This document shows positions 1 to 13,368 of a DNA stretch of 64,000 bases, one piece after another; position 1 is the stretch's first letter, and each line of letters begins with the position of its first letter. The stretch covers positions 248,434,001-248,498,000 of the forward strand of contig OZ024740.1 in assembly GCA_964016885.1 (NCBI GenBank), in the 5' to 3' direction. This stretch comes from Eledone cirrhosa. Taxonomy: Eukaryota. The translations under genes and the position numbers were made by a program. A model generated the notes under the pieces. It worked only from the letters and a program-made list of their open reading frames with translations, had not been told where the DNA came from and made no database searches.

Positions 1-50
1 CGTCAGGTTGGACCAAGAAAAGAATGTTGCCAGTGAGTATACATTTTTTT

Positions 51-300
51 GGTGAAGGCACGTGGCTTTGTGATTAGGGTATTCGGCTCACAATCGTTGC
101 TCCAGTCAACTCATCTTGACAAAAATAAGTTGTATCTGTAATTTGAAGGGCCAGCCTCATCGCATTCTGTGCCACGCTGAATCTCCCTGAAAAGTACGTT
201 AAAGGTACGCGTGTTTGTGGAATGCTCAGCCGCTTGCAAGAGAAGGCTGTTCCGTTGATCGGATCAACTGGAACACTTGTCGTCGTAACCGACGGAGTGT
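51..300 (+). mobile_element. tRNA-headed SINE (family B), internally deleted
   Basis: A-box-like head GGCACGTGGCTTTGTGATTAGGG. The body (AAGGGCCAGCC...CTGAATCTCCC...ACCGACGGAGTG) recurs as a degenerate reverse copy near 24165-24425. Confidence 0.6.
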
Positions 301-651
301 AAGGGAGAGAATGAGAGACATTTTTGGGGACATCCTATACATATATATGTGTAGTGTGTATGTATGTATGAATGTATGTTTAGGTGCGTATGTAAATGTA
401 TATATGGGTGTGTATGTGTGTGTAGTTCAACATTATATAAATTCATTGAGCAGACGACATCGTCAAAATGAAAGGCAAGTGACAAAATAGACTTATGAAC
501 TATAGCGATTACAAACAACAAATTTATTGAAATGAAGAAAAAAACAAAGATAAACATTTTTATTTTTTAGAATTTTCTTAATATTATGTCATCTTTTTTT
601 TCCACCTGAAAACCTATACTTATCAGGGATTTCATTTCTTTTTTTGCTATT

Positions 652-655
<4 letters not shown>

Positions 656-723
<68 letters not shown>
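656..723. repeat. (CT)n microsatellite
   Basis: Read directly from sequence. Confidence 0.98.
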
Positions 724-726
<3 letters not shown>

Positions 727-1267
727 ATTCTCTCTTTTTATCACTCTCGCTTTTTTTTATTTCTCGTATACAGACACAAACTGACACGCGCACAAACATT
801 AAAAGCGTCTGTTTGTCAAATCTCAACTGTATAATTAACACATTAAGATCGAGCAATCAGTGCACAGTCCTTTCCGTTAAATAGGCATTAATCTATAGAC
901 AGGCAAACCAGCAACAGCATTAAAATACAACTCACCAACATCGCACACATTTTTTCATAAACCAACCTAAGGCATTTTGCATTATTAAATGATGCATTCA
1001 TTAATTATAAAGAATTCTTTGAATTTCGTTTGTGATATCATTATCATTTCATCTTATACGTGTGCCATATTTATCATTAGCTTACCGAATAAGATAATAC
1101 TCTCCTAGCATGTCTGATTTCAAATTTACGTTAAGCTATGATTTGAAGTAATGGCTTGCTAGCTTTTGATGTTTTGGGGTTCAATTGTTAAATTAATGGT
1201 GGCAATGTTTTTAAACTTTGGAATTTAAAGATCAAGACTCTGTTGAAATCCTAAAATACTCTACCAT

Positions 1268-1382
<115 letters not shown>

Positions 1383-1415
1383 AAGAAAAAAAGATGAAAT
1401 CGAAAATGCAACTGG

Positions 1416-1928
1416 ATTTGGTTCCTTTACCGGTTTCGCAGTTCACTGAACCAGAACAATTCTCCCATCCAATTTCTCTTGACCTTTATCTTTTGCTTGT
1501 CATAAAATTCTCTAAAAAGGCTACAGAATAGATTTCGAAATAAGGGCGCGAAAATTTAATGAAAACTTGTTCACGTGACAGCCATAATTTCATTTATAAC
1601 CAATCAAATTACGTTTTTTAAAAAAAAAAACCTTCGTGAGCCCCTTTTTTTTAAGTAAAAAGAAATTCAAACACTCATATATGAAAAAACAACCTCTGAC
1701 CCCCCCCCCCCTTGTTTGAAGAACTTTGTAACGCGAACTGGCGCGAAATTTATTATAATTATTGACCAACCAATCAAATTACTTCTCTAAAAACCTGGCA
1801 TTTCGAGCAACTTTTTCCATAAAAAACAAGTAACATTCAGAGACCAACCAGATGTGAGAAAAACCACAGACCCTTCATCTCAACTCTACTTTTGAAAAAC
1901 AGAAGAACTGCGAAACCGGTAAACGAAC

Positions 1929-1933
<5 letters not shown>
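1416..1933. mobile_element. MITE / non-autonomous DNA transposon with 29-bp terminal inverted repeats
   Basis: ATTTGGTTCCTTTACCGGTTTCGCAGTTC (1416-1444) versus GAACTGCGAAACCGGTAAACGAACCAAAT (1905-1933), 1 mismatch. Internal direct repeat GGCGCGAAA...ACCAATCAAATTAC occurs twice. No ORF. Confidence 0.8.
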
Positions 1934-1969
<36 letters not shown>

Positions 1970-2630
1970 TAGTGTATTTTAGGATCTTTAAATTCGAAAG
2001 TTTAAAACCATTACATACATGTGTGTGTCAAGATCTGTTGCAAAGGTCGTGGAAAGTAATTAGGTAAATTAATTTGCTTATATGACATAAATAATGGGTT
2101 GATTAATGCAGAACTTATTGGTGCTGCTAAGTATTTTACAAACCTCTCCCTCACATCAATCCTCACACTAATCCGTAAGAAAAATACAAATGACAAAGAA
2201 TAATAAAACAATTAAAAAGAAATTGAAAAATATTGTTACATACACACACACACACACACACACACATATGGGGTGGAAGTTGGGTGAATAATTGTGTATG
2301 TATGTGTTTATAAATTTTATCATACATGTGATGGTTTGAATTATTCTCATGGTTTATGAACCTATAAGAAGCAACGGATATTAGCTGAGAAAACGTGGTA
2401 TCAAAAAGTTAATGTTTAGCTATTTTGCATAAGGTCTATATATTTTTTATGTTATCTATTATGAATGTAAGTTATAAATCAAGATATAAGGACATAAAAA
2501 ATGAACAGTATTATTAAATTGAAAAAAAAACTGCAACATTGTGAAGATATCTACAAAAAGATAAATCAAATTATCTGTTCAACATATACACGTAATAATA
2601 ATTTATATGAATATTATAAGTATACAGTGT

Positions 2631-2770
2631 TGGATTGGCAGTATCCGTAGAGGGTCAGACGCCATGCTTTGCAAGCAAAGAGTTATGGCCCTTTATGGTC
2701 TGAGTTCAAATCCCGCCGAGGTTAACTTTGCCTTTCATCCTTACGAGGTCGATAAAATAAAGTACCAGTA
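2631..2770 (+). mobile_element. tRNA-derived SINE (family A), 3'-truncated
   Basis: A-box TGGCAGTATCCG, B-box GAGTTCAAATCC, and the conserved body GCCTTTCATCCTTAC..GGTCGATAAAATAAAGTACCAG shared with about 8 other copies. Confidence 0.85.
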
Positions 2771-2989
2771 ACTAGGTATGTATGTGTAGATATGGATGTT
2801 ATTGTATGTGTGGATGTGGATGTTTTGAGTTGTATGTGTGCATGTGTATATGCTTTGCATCTGTATATGTGTATATGCAGTTATTAGATACAAAATTTCT
2901 GGAATGTTTTACATATTTTTACTGTTCCATTAATTTCCTAACTAGGTATGTATGTATGTAACCCCACCAATGTTTCTTGGTGAGGAGGG

Positions 2990-3150
2990 TGACTTTGGAC
3001 ATCCTGCAGGACTAAAAACAAAACCTGTCGAAGTGCAAAGGAGCTCTTAAGAGTCAATGGCCATCCAAAATCACCGGGAGAGATGACCCCTTAGCCTTTG
3101 TCAAGGCAGAATTCTAGGAGAAGGAAAACTCTGATATAACACCTGCAACC
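2990..3150 (+). repeat. Dispersed repeat resembling an RTE-type 5' UTR fragment
   Basis: Segments recur inverted at about 3960-4000 (TTCTCCTAGAA...TGACAAAGGCTA) and 4115-4180 (TTTTGGATGGC...TCCTGCAG). The family assignment is a guess from the CTAGGAGAAGGAAAACTC motif. Confidence 0.45.
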
Positions 3151-3478
3151 CTGATGGTATCCAATGATGTTGACTTGTTCTTTTTGGTAAATATCATCTT
3201 GGTTAAGAGAGTGGGACTGGCTTTGTGCAGTGCCTTTGCTCACTATAAAAGCTTCACGGCACAGGCATTGCTTTATATCTGGAGATCTCTCTGTACTTGT
3301 CGTCACATGGTACCATGGGCCCAGCACTATGTGTCAATAATTGTCACAAGTGTAGTGTTTGTACCAGAGTTTTCAAGTCGCTGGCTGGACTAAAAAGTCA
3401 CACTCGTTCAGCGCATCGGTAGTTCTCCTACATGGATATAAAGTAGTGGCCGTACTCGAAAACGAGTTGGCAGCTACC

Positions 3479-3555
3479 ATGTATGTATGTATGTATGTAT
3501 GTATGTATGTATGTATGTATGTATGTATGTATGTATGTATGTATGTATGTATGTA
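3479..3555. repeat. (TATG)n microsatellite
   Basis: Read directly from sequence. Confidence 0.97.
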
Positions 3556-4326
3556 GGGTCGGTGCTGGAATAACGACATGCAAAGGTACATGAAGTCCAA
3601 CCACAGCCGGCTATTGCCAGCAATGGCCATCATCTGTATGTATATATGTATGTATGTATGTTTGTATGGATGCATGTATGTGTATATATATATATATATA
3701 TATATTACAATGTGATTTTTTGATTAGAAAATAGGTTCCACAAGCTGGATAAGAGACCTCGATCACAAAGTATAGTAGAGTACGTTAAAATTATGTATGT
3801 CAGTGTAAGCATTTAACTCCGCCTTTTGTTTTCATTATATATATGGAGACATACATATGAATCCCACTCTCTGAGCGACAGTAGCTATAACCCAAAAAGA
3901 AGAAAAGATCAACATGATCGGTAACTACTGAGGTTTTATATCGGAGTTATCTCAGTTTCCTGAGTTGCCTTCTCCTAGAAGAATGCTCTGACAAAGGCTA
4001 GGTGTCATTCACTCCCAGTGGTTTAACCGCGCGATCGGGTGTCCAGCCCGACTATTTCTATGTCCCTGCATATATACATACATATGTACAAGTGTATATA
4101 CATATTTACACACTTTTGGATGGCTCTTGACTCTTATGAATTCTTCCGCCCTTTGTCAGGTTTTGTTTTTTGTCCTGCAGTGGGGTTGCCGGTTTAGTCG
4201 CCGACGAGGCGACTATGCGACAGGTTGTACTGCGTTACATGTTACCAGTAGCACTCAAGAGTGACCCGACATATATACATATATACATACACATATAGAA
4301 ATGCGTATATAAATATCTATATAATC

Positions 4327-4401
<75 letters not shown>

Positions 4402-4444
4402 TGATTATATACACATTACATACACATTTTTGGGGGGGTGGGTG

Positions 4445-4450
4445 TTTATT
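4445..4450 (-). promoter_or_regulatory. Candidate polyadenylation signal of the EF-hand gene
   Basis: AATAAA on the minus strand about 950 nt after the stop codon, just before simple repeats. Motif match only. Confidence 0.3.
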
Positions 4451-5395
4451 TGCAATTTTGTTAAAGCTTGGTTAGAATTCAAATGTAAATATGAACATGA
4501 ACGGTTCGTATAGTTTCGTGATAAAGAAGAAAGGAAATTATTAATTTTTATATTTTTGGAGTAGAAAAAAATTGGTGCATAACTGGCGCAATGCCTTTAC
4601 ATAAATTGCTGCAAGAGAAATTGCGAACGATGTGTCTTCCAACTGATTGGACTGTTCCTTCACCACCTTTCATTCCCTTGTATAAATCTTCAACGGCACT
4701 TAAACGTTGCTAGCTGCTTACGTTGTGTGTTAGTCTGTTCTGTAAGTATTTGTTTAAGTGCCAATTGATGTTGATAGTTCAATCAGTGCCCTTCAATGCG
4801 TGGAAGTTTAAAAAAAGATGTAACACGGTGTTATAAATGCTCATTGCAAGAATGTGTTGATAAAAAAATGTCATTCGAAGTTAAATATTCAATAAGATGT
4901 CACTCAATATGAAGTGTCCTTTTTAGAAGTCCCACTTTACCCTTAAGTACGCAAACTTTTTTTTTATTTTTAAGTTCAAGAGTTCTTTCCAGTAGATGGC
5001 ACCCAATGTAAATGTTCATTAAGTATCATTAACTACAGAAAAATTCTCATAAAGTCTTACTCCAGTAAGTATCACCAAAAAATGCTCTCGTTCTCGCTTT
5101 CTTACTTTTCTCTGTCTTTTTTTCTTTCTTTCAATCTTTCTTTCTTTTCCTAAACGCATGTTCCAGAAATACAATGGAAAAATCCATCTTTTCAATCGTT
5201 GGTGAATCCACCCCCACCCTAAAAGCTACATTAGCACTTCTTTCGGAAAGCAATGATCATTTACACAGATTAGAGTTCAGTGATCGTAAGGAAAAACAAA
5301 GATATCGGTGTCGTTCATAAAGATTTTCAAAGTTCGATTCTGGAGAGGTCCAAGAAAAGGTGAAGTACCAAAACAAAACGTCAGTTGAAGAAGGA

Positions 5396-5427
5396 TCAGG
5401 TGGACAAGTTCATTGCTTCCAATAAAT
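5396..5427 (-). CDS. Calmodulin-like EF-hand protein, terminal coding exon 4
   Basis: Acceptor ttttttttcag|. Phase-1 continuation gives NLLEAMNLST-TGA, similar in length and position to the last calmodulin exon. Total CDS is 633 nt, divisible by 3. Confidence 0.85.
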
Positions 5428-5922
5428 CTGAAAAAAAAATTAAAGTAAAAATAACAAATATTAGTTTAAATTCAAGCGGAGACGTTTCATTGGAAGATAA
5501 TACATTACCTCTGTTTTTTTTTTGTTTCTTTTTATTCCTATTTTATTTTCACTTATTTTAGTCTATTTTTATGGTCTCCGAGTCTGGTGAGAGGGAAGAA
5601 GAAAGGTATCCTCAAACAGGAGGCCTGTTCCGAATGTCTGCAGCAGAGTGGACTCCGCACACACCCATGTTGTCCAAGGACCATGTTGATGTGTTAAAAT
5701 GAGTGACTGATTAAGTAGACCACAGTAGAATTTCAACTCTAAACGCAAAGGGCCAGAACAAATACCACAAGATAATTTGACCGACGCCCAAACAATTCTA
5801 CCAAACCACTGCCCTATGCTAGTAACATTTTTTTTTTTTTTAAATTACCCTTGGTGAAATTTGAACTCAGATCGTATCTAAATACCATTTGGCATTTTGT
5901 CAATAATAAAAGTAAAACTTAC

Positions 5923-6174
5923 TTTTGACTTCAAGAAAATCTCTGTCTTCGGATTTCGCCTCTTTTAATAACTCTTCGACTTCATCGGGAGCCATTTTAT
6001 CCCCTAGGGTCGTCATGAAACGACGGAAGTCTTTAATGCGAATTTTACCGCATCCAGTCTTGTCTAAAACGTTGAAAGCGGCCAGCAGGTCTGTTTTCTC
6101 ATGGCCTGTCACACAATCGGCACTTCTTCTGGCCACGTAACGTTCTAGGTCCCACAGGTAAACTTCACCCTTGC
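5923..6174 (-). CDS. Calmodulin-like EF-hand protein, coding exon 3 (252 nt)
   Basis: Pyrimidine tract plus ttctag| acceptor and |gtaagt donor. Translates GKGEVYLWDLER...DLLAAFNVLDKTGCGKIRIKDFRRFMTTLGDKMAPDEVEELLKEA..., matching calmodulin EAFRVFDKDGNGYI...VMTNLGEKLTDEEVDEM. Confidence 0.92.
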
Positions 6175-6275
6175 CTAGAAAAAGAAAGAAGAGATACATG
6201 ATAATAAACCAATCGTGCTAATGACAATGACAACGACAACGGTGATGATGATAATGATGATATAAATAATTATTA

Positions 6276-8185
6276 TTTCTTTATTATTGGCCACAAGAGC
6301 CGAACATAGAGGACAATACAAATACGGGGACAGTAGAGGTTTACATAAAATCGTGTAACAAAAATAATAACAAAAACAACAAAAAAAACCCAGAATTTCC
6401 CAATAGGGGTGATACTACCCGGGAGTGACGTTCGGAATCCAACAAATCCTAAATCACCTTCATCTCCAAAAGCACCCTAAGAAGGTACTCCTCACTTCCT
6501 CAATCTTTCCTACCTTCAGGCGAATTTTCAGAGTAGCCTCATTCACACGGGCCATCCTCGCAACAATCACCCACCTTTTCACAAATATACTGAGGGATAG
6601 CACTTCCCTCTCTACCCTCACCTTCCTTTCTAACTGGAACTTGAAAAAGTTGATGAGGGATTGGCCGAAGAGAAAAGTGTCTGTCTTCAGTGCTTTCAGC
6701 CGCGTCCACCACACTCTTTCGCTACAGCCACCAGGCAGAGGAAAACTGCCTGCTCTTCCTGGCCTTAAGAAGACGGTGGGATGATATTCACGATGGACTC
6801 GGTCGATAGCCAGATCCTTCCTACACGCGATAACAGCTGTTCGACATAATTGAACAAGTCAACAATACACGGACACTGGACGAGTGCGTTCAGAATGGTT
6901 TCGTTCCTCCCGCATTTCGGACAGCTCCGCCTCACAGCACTGCCGTGCCTGAAGAATTTATCTGGAATCGGCAGTGCCCCCTGTAGCACTGCCAAGCGCG
7001 GGAATTCTGGAAATTGTCCATAGTCCCCGGTTCGAAAGTCCTCCGGAACGGACCGACTACTCCGTTCTCGTCAACACCTAGAATTTCTTCGAGAGCATCG
7101 TCGCACTTGCCCTCGTCGACGCCCAGAGTTTCCCAAGAACTTTGGTGCTTTTACCCATCACTAACTCTTCTATATAACGTCAAGGTAGAGATAGCAGTGA
7201 TCATAGTGCCCGATTGGCTGAGGGCTGTGAGTGCATGAAAATATTCTAGTTTCCAAGCGTATCACCTAGGTCTCCGCTTGACCCATATTGCAACTCCGTC
7301 AATGAGACGAACTAGGAAAAAACGTACCTAGCGAATGGCGACCACACCTATTCACCATTCAGGAAAATCTGGAGATGTCTTAGCCTCAGCGCATGTCTGT
7401 GTATCATCAGCCACGGCATGCCCAATCCTCCACGGAGCGGGTATCGACAAAAATCAAAGGTGCAAACGCCCCAGACGAGGCTTTGGGCAAGGCACGACGG
7501 TCAGGCGGGAATAGATGACGGCTGCGATGTAAGTGTTCACTACCTCCACCCGACCTTTCAGGGATAGCTTTCTCTCGACCCATTTCTAGGTGAAAGTGAC
7601 CATTCTGCTCATCAACTCGTCCCAGTTTTTGTCCGTCTGGAGGTCCGGATCAAATCAGACTCCGAGCAATGTAACCCGTCCGTCCGCCCGGCACCCGACG
7701 ACGCTGTTAGACGGCATGGACCTGACTCTCCAGGTGTCGATCCGCAGGTCAGCCGACTTTTCATAGTAAATGTTCGCTCCTCTCACCGCCTCATATTCTC
7801 TCAAAGCAGTATAATCACTTCGATGTGTTTGGCGCTCGACACCACCATGGTCACGTCGTCTTCATAAGCTGACACGGTTCTCACGCCGCTCAACGTCTCC
7901 AGTTTGTGCAGTAATGGCTCTAGTGTCAATACATGCAACAGTGTCAATACATGAAAGGTTCCGAAAAGTGACTGTTCACTCACACCACAGATCAAATGTC
8001 GCTGAGTATGGCAGCGATTCACCCTCTGAAAACAGGCCCCAAACCTGCTGTTTTGAAGACCGCCATCAGGTACCGATGGTCGACCCTATTGAATGCTTTG
8101 GATTTAGGCCACCCTCTATATGATGTAACGCATGAGGTGGAGGTTGTGGATGGATCTGCTTGGGATGGAGCATGTCTGCTCTTCG
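6276..8185 (-). mobile_element. Tx1/L1-type LINE, 5'-truncated degenerate ORF2 (RT C-terminus, Zn finger, 3' UTR) in intron 2
   Basis: Fragments LEPLLHKLE..VSAYEDDVT, CPKCGRNETILNALVQCP and WWTRLK. The 3' end TGTGGCCAATAA matches the other Tx1 copies in the window. Confidence 0.88.
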
Positions 8186-8229
8186 GACGGTTTCAAGATA
8201 GGTACAGAGTTCAGTAAGTTTTGAAGCGT

Positions 8230-8532
8230 ATAGCCGGTTATATCGACACTACTCTATGACTGGTTTTATCAACACCACAAGGAAAGAGGAAATGATGATG
8301 ACGATAGTGGTTGCGGTGGTTGTGACGATGGTGGTAGTGGTTTATTGTTATTGATAGAAATATAACGATAAATTCTCTTGATAACGAGAAAGAAAGAAAG
8401 AAATTTATTCCGTTCATTATTTTCTTGGAATGAAAGAAATGAAAAGAAAGATATGAAAGAACACAGCCAAAGATGTTTCCAAGCGATCAGCACAAACTAT
8501 CGCCCCCCCCCCCCCCTCTCTCTCTCTATATA

Positions 8533-8611
<79 letters not shown>

Positions 8612-9960
8612 ATGTGTGTGTGTGTGTATAGATTCTTACCTACTTTCTCTATCTACCTATCTGTCTGTCTATCTATCTATATGTGACGTTTAAGGGAGAC
8701 ACCCCACACATACACATACCCCCACAAGTAAGAGAGATGACACAGAAAAAGAAACTGATCTACAGAACAGTTGACATCATTACCAAAAAACCCATAACGC
8801 TCCTCCCAACAAGCACTATTGAAGCTGCACTAAAAGATATCAAGCCAGACGTGGCATACCTCCAAAGAGCTAAACAGTATGGAAGTGTGTCAGTGCTCTT
8901 TAAGAGCGAAACTCTGGCACAAAAACACTCGGTTCACCCAATAAAAACGGATCAACACATTTTCTTCCCCACATACATGGGAAGAAGATCCTACAAAATA
9001 AAAATAACCAGGATCCCAGTAGAAGTCAACATATGGTGGATCCTACCCTGCATCCTGAAGAAGGATGAGGGCACCCTCCTATCTGTAGACAGGACAGACT
9101 AGAATAACTGGTTTGGAACCTGCATCGAGGTTCTGGTACAAATGAGGCAAGAGAGAGTTGAGAAAATCCCGGACAGGATCGTCCTTGAGGAAGATGTCAT
9201 TTCCATTTTAGTGGAGGGGAAAAGACCCCAGTGCCAGAAGTATGGGAAAACCACACACTTAAAGGCCTTTTGCTCTCTATTAAACAAACCGAGGACAAAC
9301 AAGGTGTTATTACCACAGCCAAAACTCCAACATCAACACCCCAAACCAAACACAACACAAAAACCTGCAACATCCACTCCCACACCACCACAGACCAGAG
9401 ACAACCACACACACAAAATCCCACTGAAAAACTCTCCATTGCCTCCTCCCTCCCTGTCAAATACTTCCACAAACACCCCACCACACAACATACTCCTCCC
9501 ATCTACCCCTGATTCAGAAGTGTCAGACACGGGAACCTCTACATCTCCAAGTGAGAATGAAGAGGAACCCCCAAAATCCAAAAAAAACAAAAAAGAGACA
9601 AAAAAAAACACAAAAACAAAAACATCTACAGAAAACACGCTCCCCCCATAAACACACCGCCAAAAAGGACAAACACACCAACAACACAATCACCACCAAC
9701 ACAACCAAACACTTCACCAACAAAACAAACACCCACACCACCACAATTACAAACCCCAACCACAAAAAGAAAGCTACAAACAGAAACAGTACACATAAAA
9801 AACAAAACACATTACACATACATAAAAACAACAAAGAACTAGTAGAAACTGTCCGAAAGGATCCTACTATCCCAACGGAAGGGAAAACCTTCCCCACCAA
9901 CGACCCACCCCCAAACCTCAAACTGATCAGGGTAACAACCCTACAACATTGAAAGGGACC
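8230..9960 (+). mobile_element. Tx1-type LINE 5' UTR and ORF1 (gag-like) remnant
   Basis: ORFs 8683-9102 and 9142-9651 are homologous to ORF1 at 35542 and 50195 (QYGSVSVLF, PTYMGRR, VEGKRPQCQKYGKTTHLKAFC degenerate CCHC knuckle, Pro/Thr-rich tail). Confidence 0.8.
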
Positions 9961-9997
9961 TTCCCACCTTGCTGCGCATGTCAATCCTGTTCTTATA

Positions 9998-10150
9998 AAT
10001 AATTGTTTCTGATTTAGGCACAAGGCCAACAGTGTTTTGGGGACGGGAAAGCCGATTAAATCGACCCCAGTGCGTAACTGGTACTTTATTTTATCGACCC
10101 CGTAAAGATGAAAGGCAAATCTAAGCTCGGGGGGGGGGGGGCATAACTCT
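9998..10150 (-). mobile_element. SINE family A variant (longer body), partial
   Basis: Reverse complement of GCCTTTCATC..GGGGTCGATAAAATAAAGTACCAG and of the tail TGGCCTTGTGCCTAAA..GAAACAATT. Confidence 0.8.
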
Positions 10151-12540
10151 ATGCTGCAAAGCATGTTGTCCACCGCCCATGTAAATAATGAATAGGAGAG
10201 ATTACGCACCATTGGCGGAGTCCGTCTCCCACATTGAATGGTTTCGATTTAGCACCATTTATAGGAACACAAATACTTGGGCATTCGTATAGAGACATCA
10301 GGGAAGCAAAAAGCTGACCATCTATCCCATACTCCTGCAGAACTTTCCACAGCAGGTCCCGAGGAACGCAGTTATATGTCTTTTCCAGGTCTTCAAAACA
10401 AGAATATATCTCCCACGATTTATCGTAGACCTGCCGCAGTGTGAATATTTGGTCAACGGTGTTGCGTCCAGGGCAAAAACCACACTCTTTATCAGCTAGC
10501 TTGAACTCGACAAGCTCTCTGAATCTCTTTGCCAGACACTTAGCATAGACTTTACCTAGGAGGCTTAACAAGGAGATCCCTCTGTAATTGGAATAATCTC
10601 TCTTGTCTCCTTTTTTGAAAATTGGGATTATCACTCCTTATTGCCAATGCTTATGTGCCTATCCCGAGATCCAGGCCACCCGACACACACAAGTCAGCCA
10701 GAGAATACCTTCTCTATTTAAAGCTTTTAACATCTCGGGCTGCCTTGCAACATTTGACCTTTTTAACTGCTCTTGTGACTTCAGCCTCTTATAGATTAGT
10801 CATCGCTCCCTCGTGTACATCAGAAGATGCTGTAGTGATCGAGTCCAAGAGATCAGCAAAGTATTCTCTCCACCTCGCAAGGATGTACCTCTCTGGGGAG
10901 AGGAGAACCTCAGACACGTCCTTGATAGCAGGTGTGGAGGAGGGTGGATGGTCAGCCAGAACACTTTATTTGCTTATCTGAAGTCGGATTCCAGCTTAAT
11001 CCCAAAGTCCTCCTATGTCTTAACTTTGGACGTCTTTACTTTCCCTGCTGCAATTCTTCGTGTCTGCTTCGTACCGCAAGTGCAAGAAAGAGGTCTTATT
11101 TCCAAGCCAAGTTTTGTAAGCCTCCTTCTTTGCTCGGATGGCATCTTTGACTTCTTGATTGAACCAAGGAGTCTTCCTGCCATCCGGCACCACACCAAGC
11201 CTGTTTCGCCCGCAGCATTTAACAGCTGAAGCAGAAACTGCTGCGCCGATCAATTTCTATTCTATTTCAACGTCCTCAGTTTGCTCCAGGAGTTCTCTGA
11301 ATTTGGATGCAATAGTATATGCATACCTGGTCCTTACTTCCTTATCCACCAATGCTTCCAACTTTATCCTATAGATCGTCCTGGACCTGCCAGTTTTTTG
11401 GGTTTCCTTGACTTTAGTTAGTCTCAAGTTCCAGATAACTAGATGGTGATCAGTTTACAGTTCAGCCCCTCTCTTAACATGAATATCCAGCACAGAATCA
11501 AAGAGATCAGAGACAATAACAAATTCAATTATTGATCTCTATCCCTGATTCCCCTTATAACATATATATTTATAGATGTCTCTATGCGGAAAAAGACGTT
11601 CATAATAGAGAGACCATTGCTAGAAGTCTAGTAAGGTCTCTCCATTTGTATTTAAATCGGGGTCGCAATGCTTTCCATGTCAGGTGGTCAGTGCCAATGT
11701 TTGCATTGAAGTCTTTTATTACGATATATGACTCAGTCTTAACTACAGCTAACGCTACAGTGACTTCACCAAGGAAGGTCCTGTATTCGGACTCTTTGCT
11801 TCGTGCATAAACTTGCACGCCCCGCAGAGACCTATCTTTCAGCCTAAGCTTCAAGAGGCAAATCCTCCCTCCTAACAGGATCCAGTCCATAAAACATTCT
11901 GACAGACGGGGACTCGTTAGTATCCCCACTCCTGCCTGTGCAGTCATTTCTGGCACCACACCTGAATAGTGGAGTTTCCCCTCCTCCATCCAAATCTACA
12001 GTATCAGAGCCACGGAAATTTGTTGAGGAAACCCTGACTATAGCTAGCCGATAGCATCTAGCCTCCTCCACCGGTTCCTTTTCTTGCCTGCAAGAGTTGG
12101 AATGTTCTAGGTTCCAACTGTTAAGATTTGCTCCCTTCGTAACCCTCTTTGGGGTCTCGGAATATGCAAACTTTGTGCGTTCATCCCACGCCTCCCTGGA
12201 CAGATCGCAGGCTTCTCGCTAGTTTTTGCAGCATGAGATGGAGACTGCAATATAGTTTTAGAACTCTACAAAAGGACTGAATGCGACCCTTGTTATCCCG
12301 TGCGAAGGACGATGCGGTATGGTTCGATTTTGGTTTCCTTGTCATATTGTTTCAGTGGTCTTATTGGCGCCAGTCACAAAAATGGTATTTTGTCAAACTC
12401 GCGAAGACTAGGGCTTTTTAGATGCGGCCTTTACTCGCCTCGTTGTAGCTACGTCACTGGGATGTGAGAATTTACTTGGGAGTTACAGTTGTGTTACCCC
12501 TTGCTCCATCTCCCCTAGTAGTTTACCGCTGTTGGACCGG
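10150..12540 (-). mobile_element. RTE-clade LINE, degenerate (AP endonuclease and N-terminal RT)
   Basis: APE motifs AGVGIL, VQVYA, DFNANIG; linker TPWFNQEVKDAIRAKKEAY; RT motifs IIPIFKKGD..NYRGISLLS, GRNTVDQIFTLRQ, GLRQWCVISP. Many stops and frameshifts. Confidence 0.88.
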
Positions 12541-13328
12541 GTTGGTTACTTGGTGAGTAATTATAATTTGTAATATTGGTGGTTGATGAAACTACAGTTC
12601 AGTTTCCACATGGTCGGTCTTGTAAAGACACACACAATCGGTAGCTAAATTGAGTAAAGAAATCTCATTGGTTTTCTTACAACAACCCTATTGACTTCAG
12701 GAAAAAAAGGAATAGGAAGTTATGACGTCTTGGCCTTTCCCAAAGTTAATTTAACATTATGAGTGAAGTAACATGGCAGAAAAGTGCACTGCATAGTCGA
12801 TATATCGGGATTGTACTTCTATTACACACAGACCACCAAATCTATATTTAACATACGTTATTACCATGGACGTCTTCTCTGACGTACACAACAATCTGTA
12901 GAACAAGATAAGATTTATTATTTTTGTTTTATGAGGCTTAAATATTTAATATTAGAAAACTGTTAATAGAGAAGAACACCGGGAGATAGCATTAATTGTT
13001 AATCGATGTACAATGGATCTAGGTGAAGATCTATAATTCTATAATTAACACAAAGCTATTAATAGAAGCAATTATGAACATTGGCAAAAAGGCAATGGTT
13101 AATGCAGAGGACACAAAGACATTCAACAAAACCATATGAATTGCAAAATTTAGACATTAATATTTTTTTAATCACAATTTTTAAGTTATTTACATATTTT
13201 CATGTTGATATCTGCAGTTGCTGTCTCCTTTTCTTACTTTCACATAGAGTAGTCATTTTAACATACACGCACATTCTCTCTCACTTACTCTCTCTCTTTC
13301 TCTCTCTCTCACTATCAACTTAGTATAC

Positions 13329-13368
<40 letters not shown>

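Noticed and set aside
3950-4060. Possible HDV-like ribozyme in an RTE-like 5' fragment (GGGCTGG/CTAGCCT pairing on the minus strand)
   Set aside because: A P1-like helix exists, but no C-rich L3, P1.1 GG or J4/2 arrangement could be built.
9197-10212. Long hydrophobic antisense ORFs opposite Tx1 ORF1 (also 35415-35750, 50502-51026, 61361-61843, 62520-63029)
   Set aside because: Shadow frames of CA-rich low-complexity ORF1 sequence.
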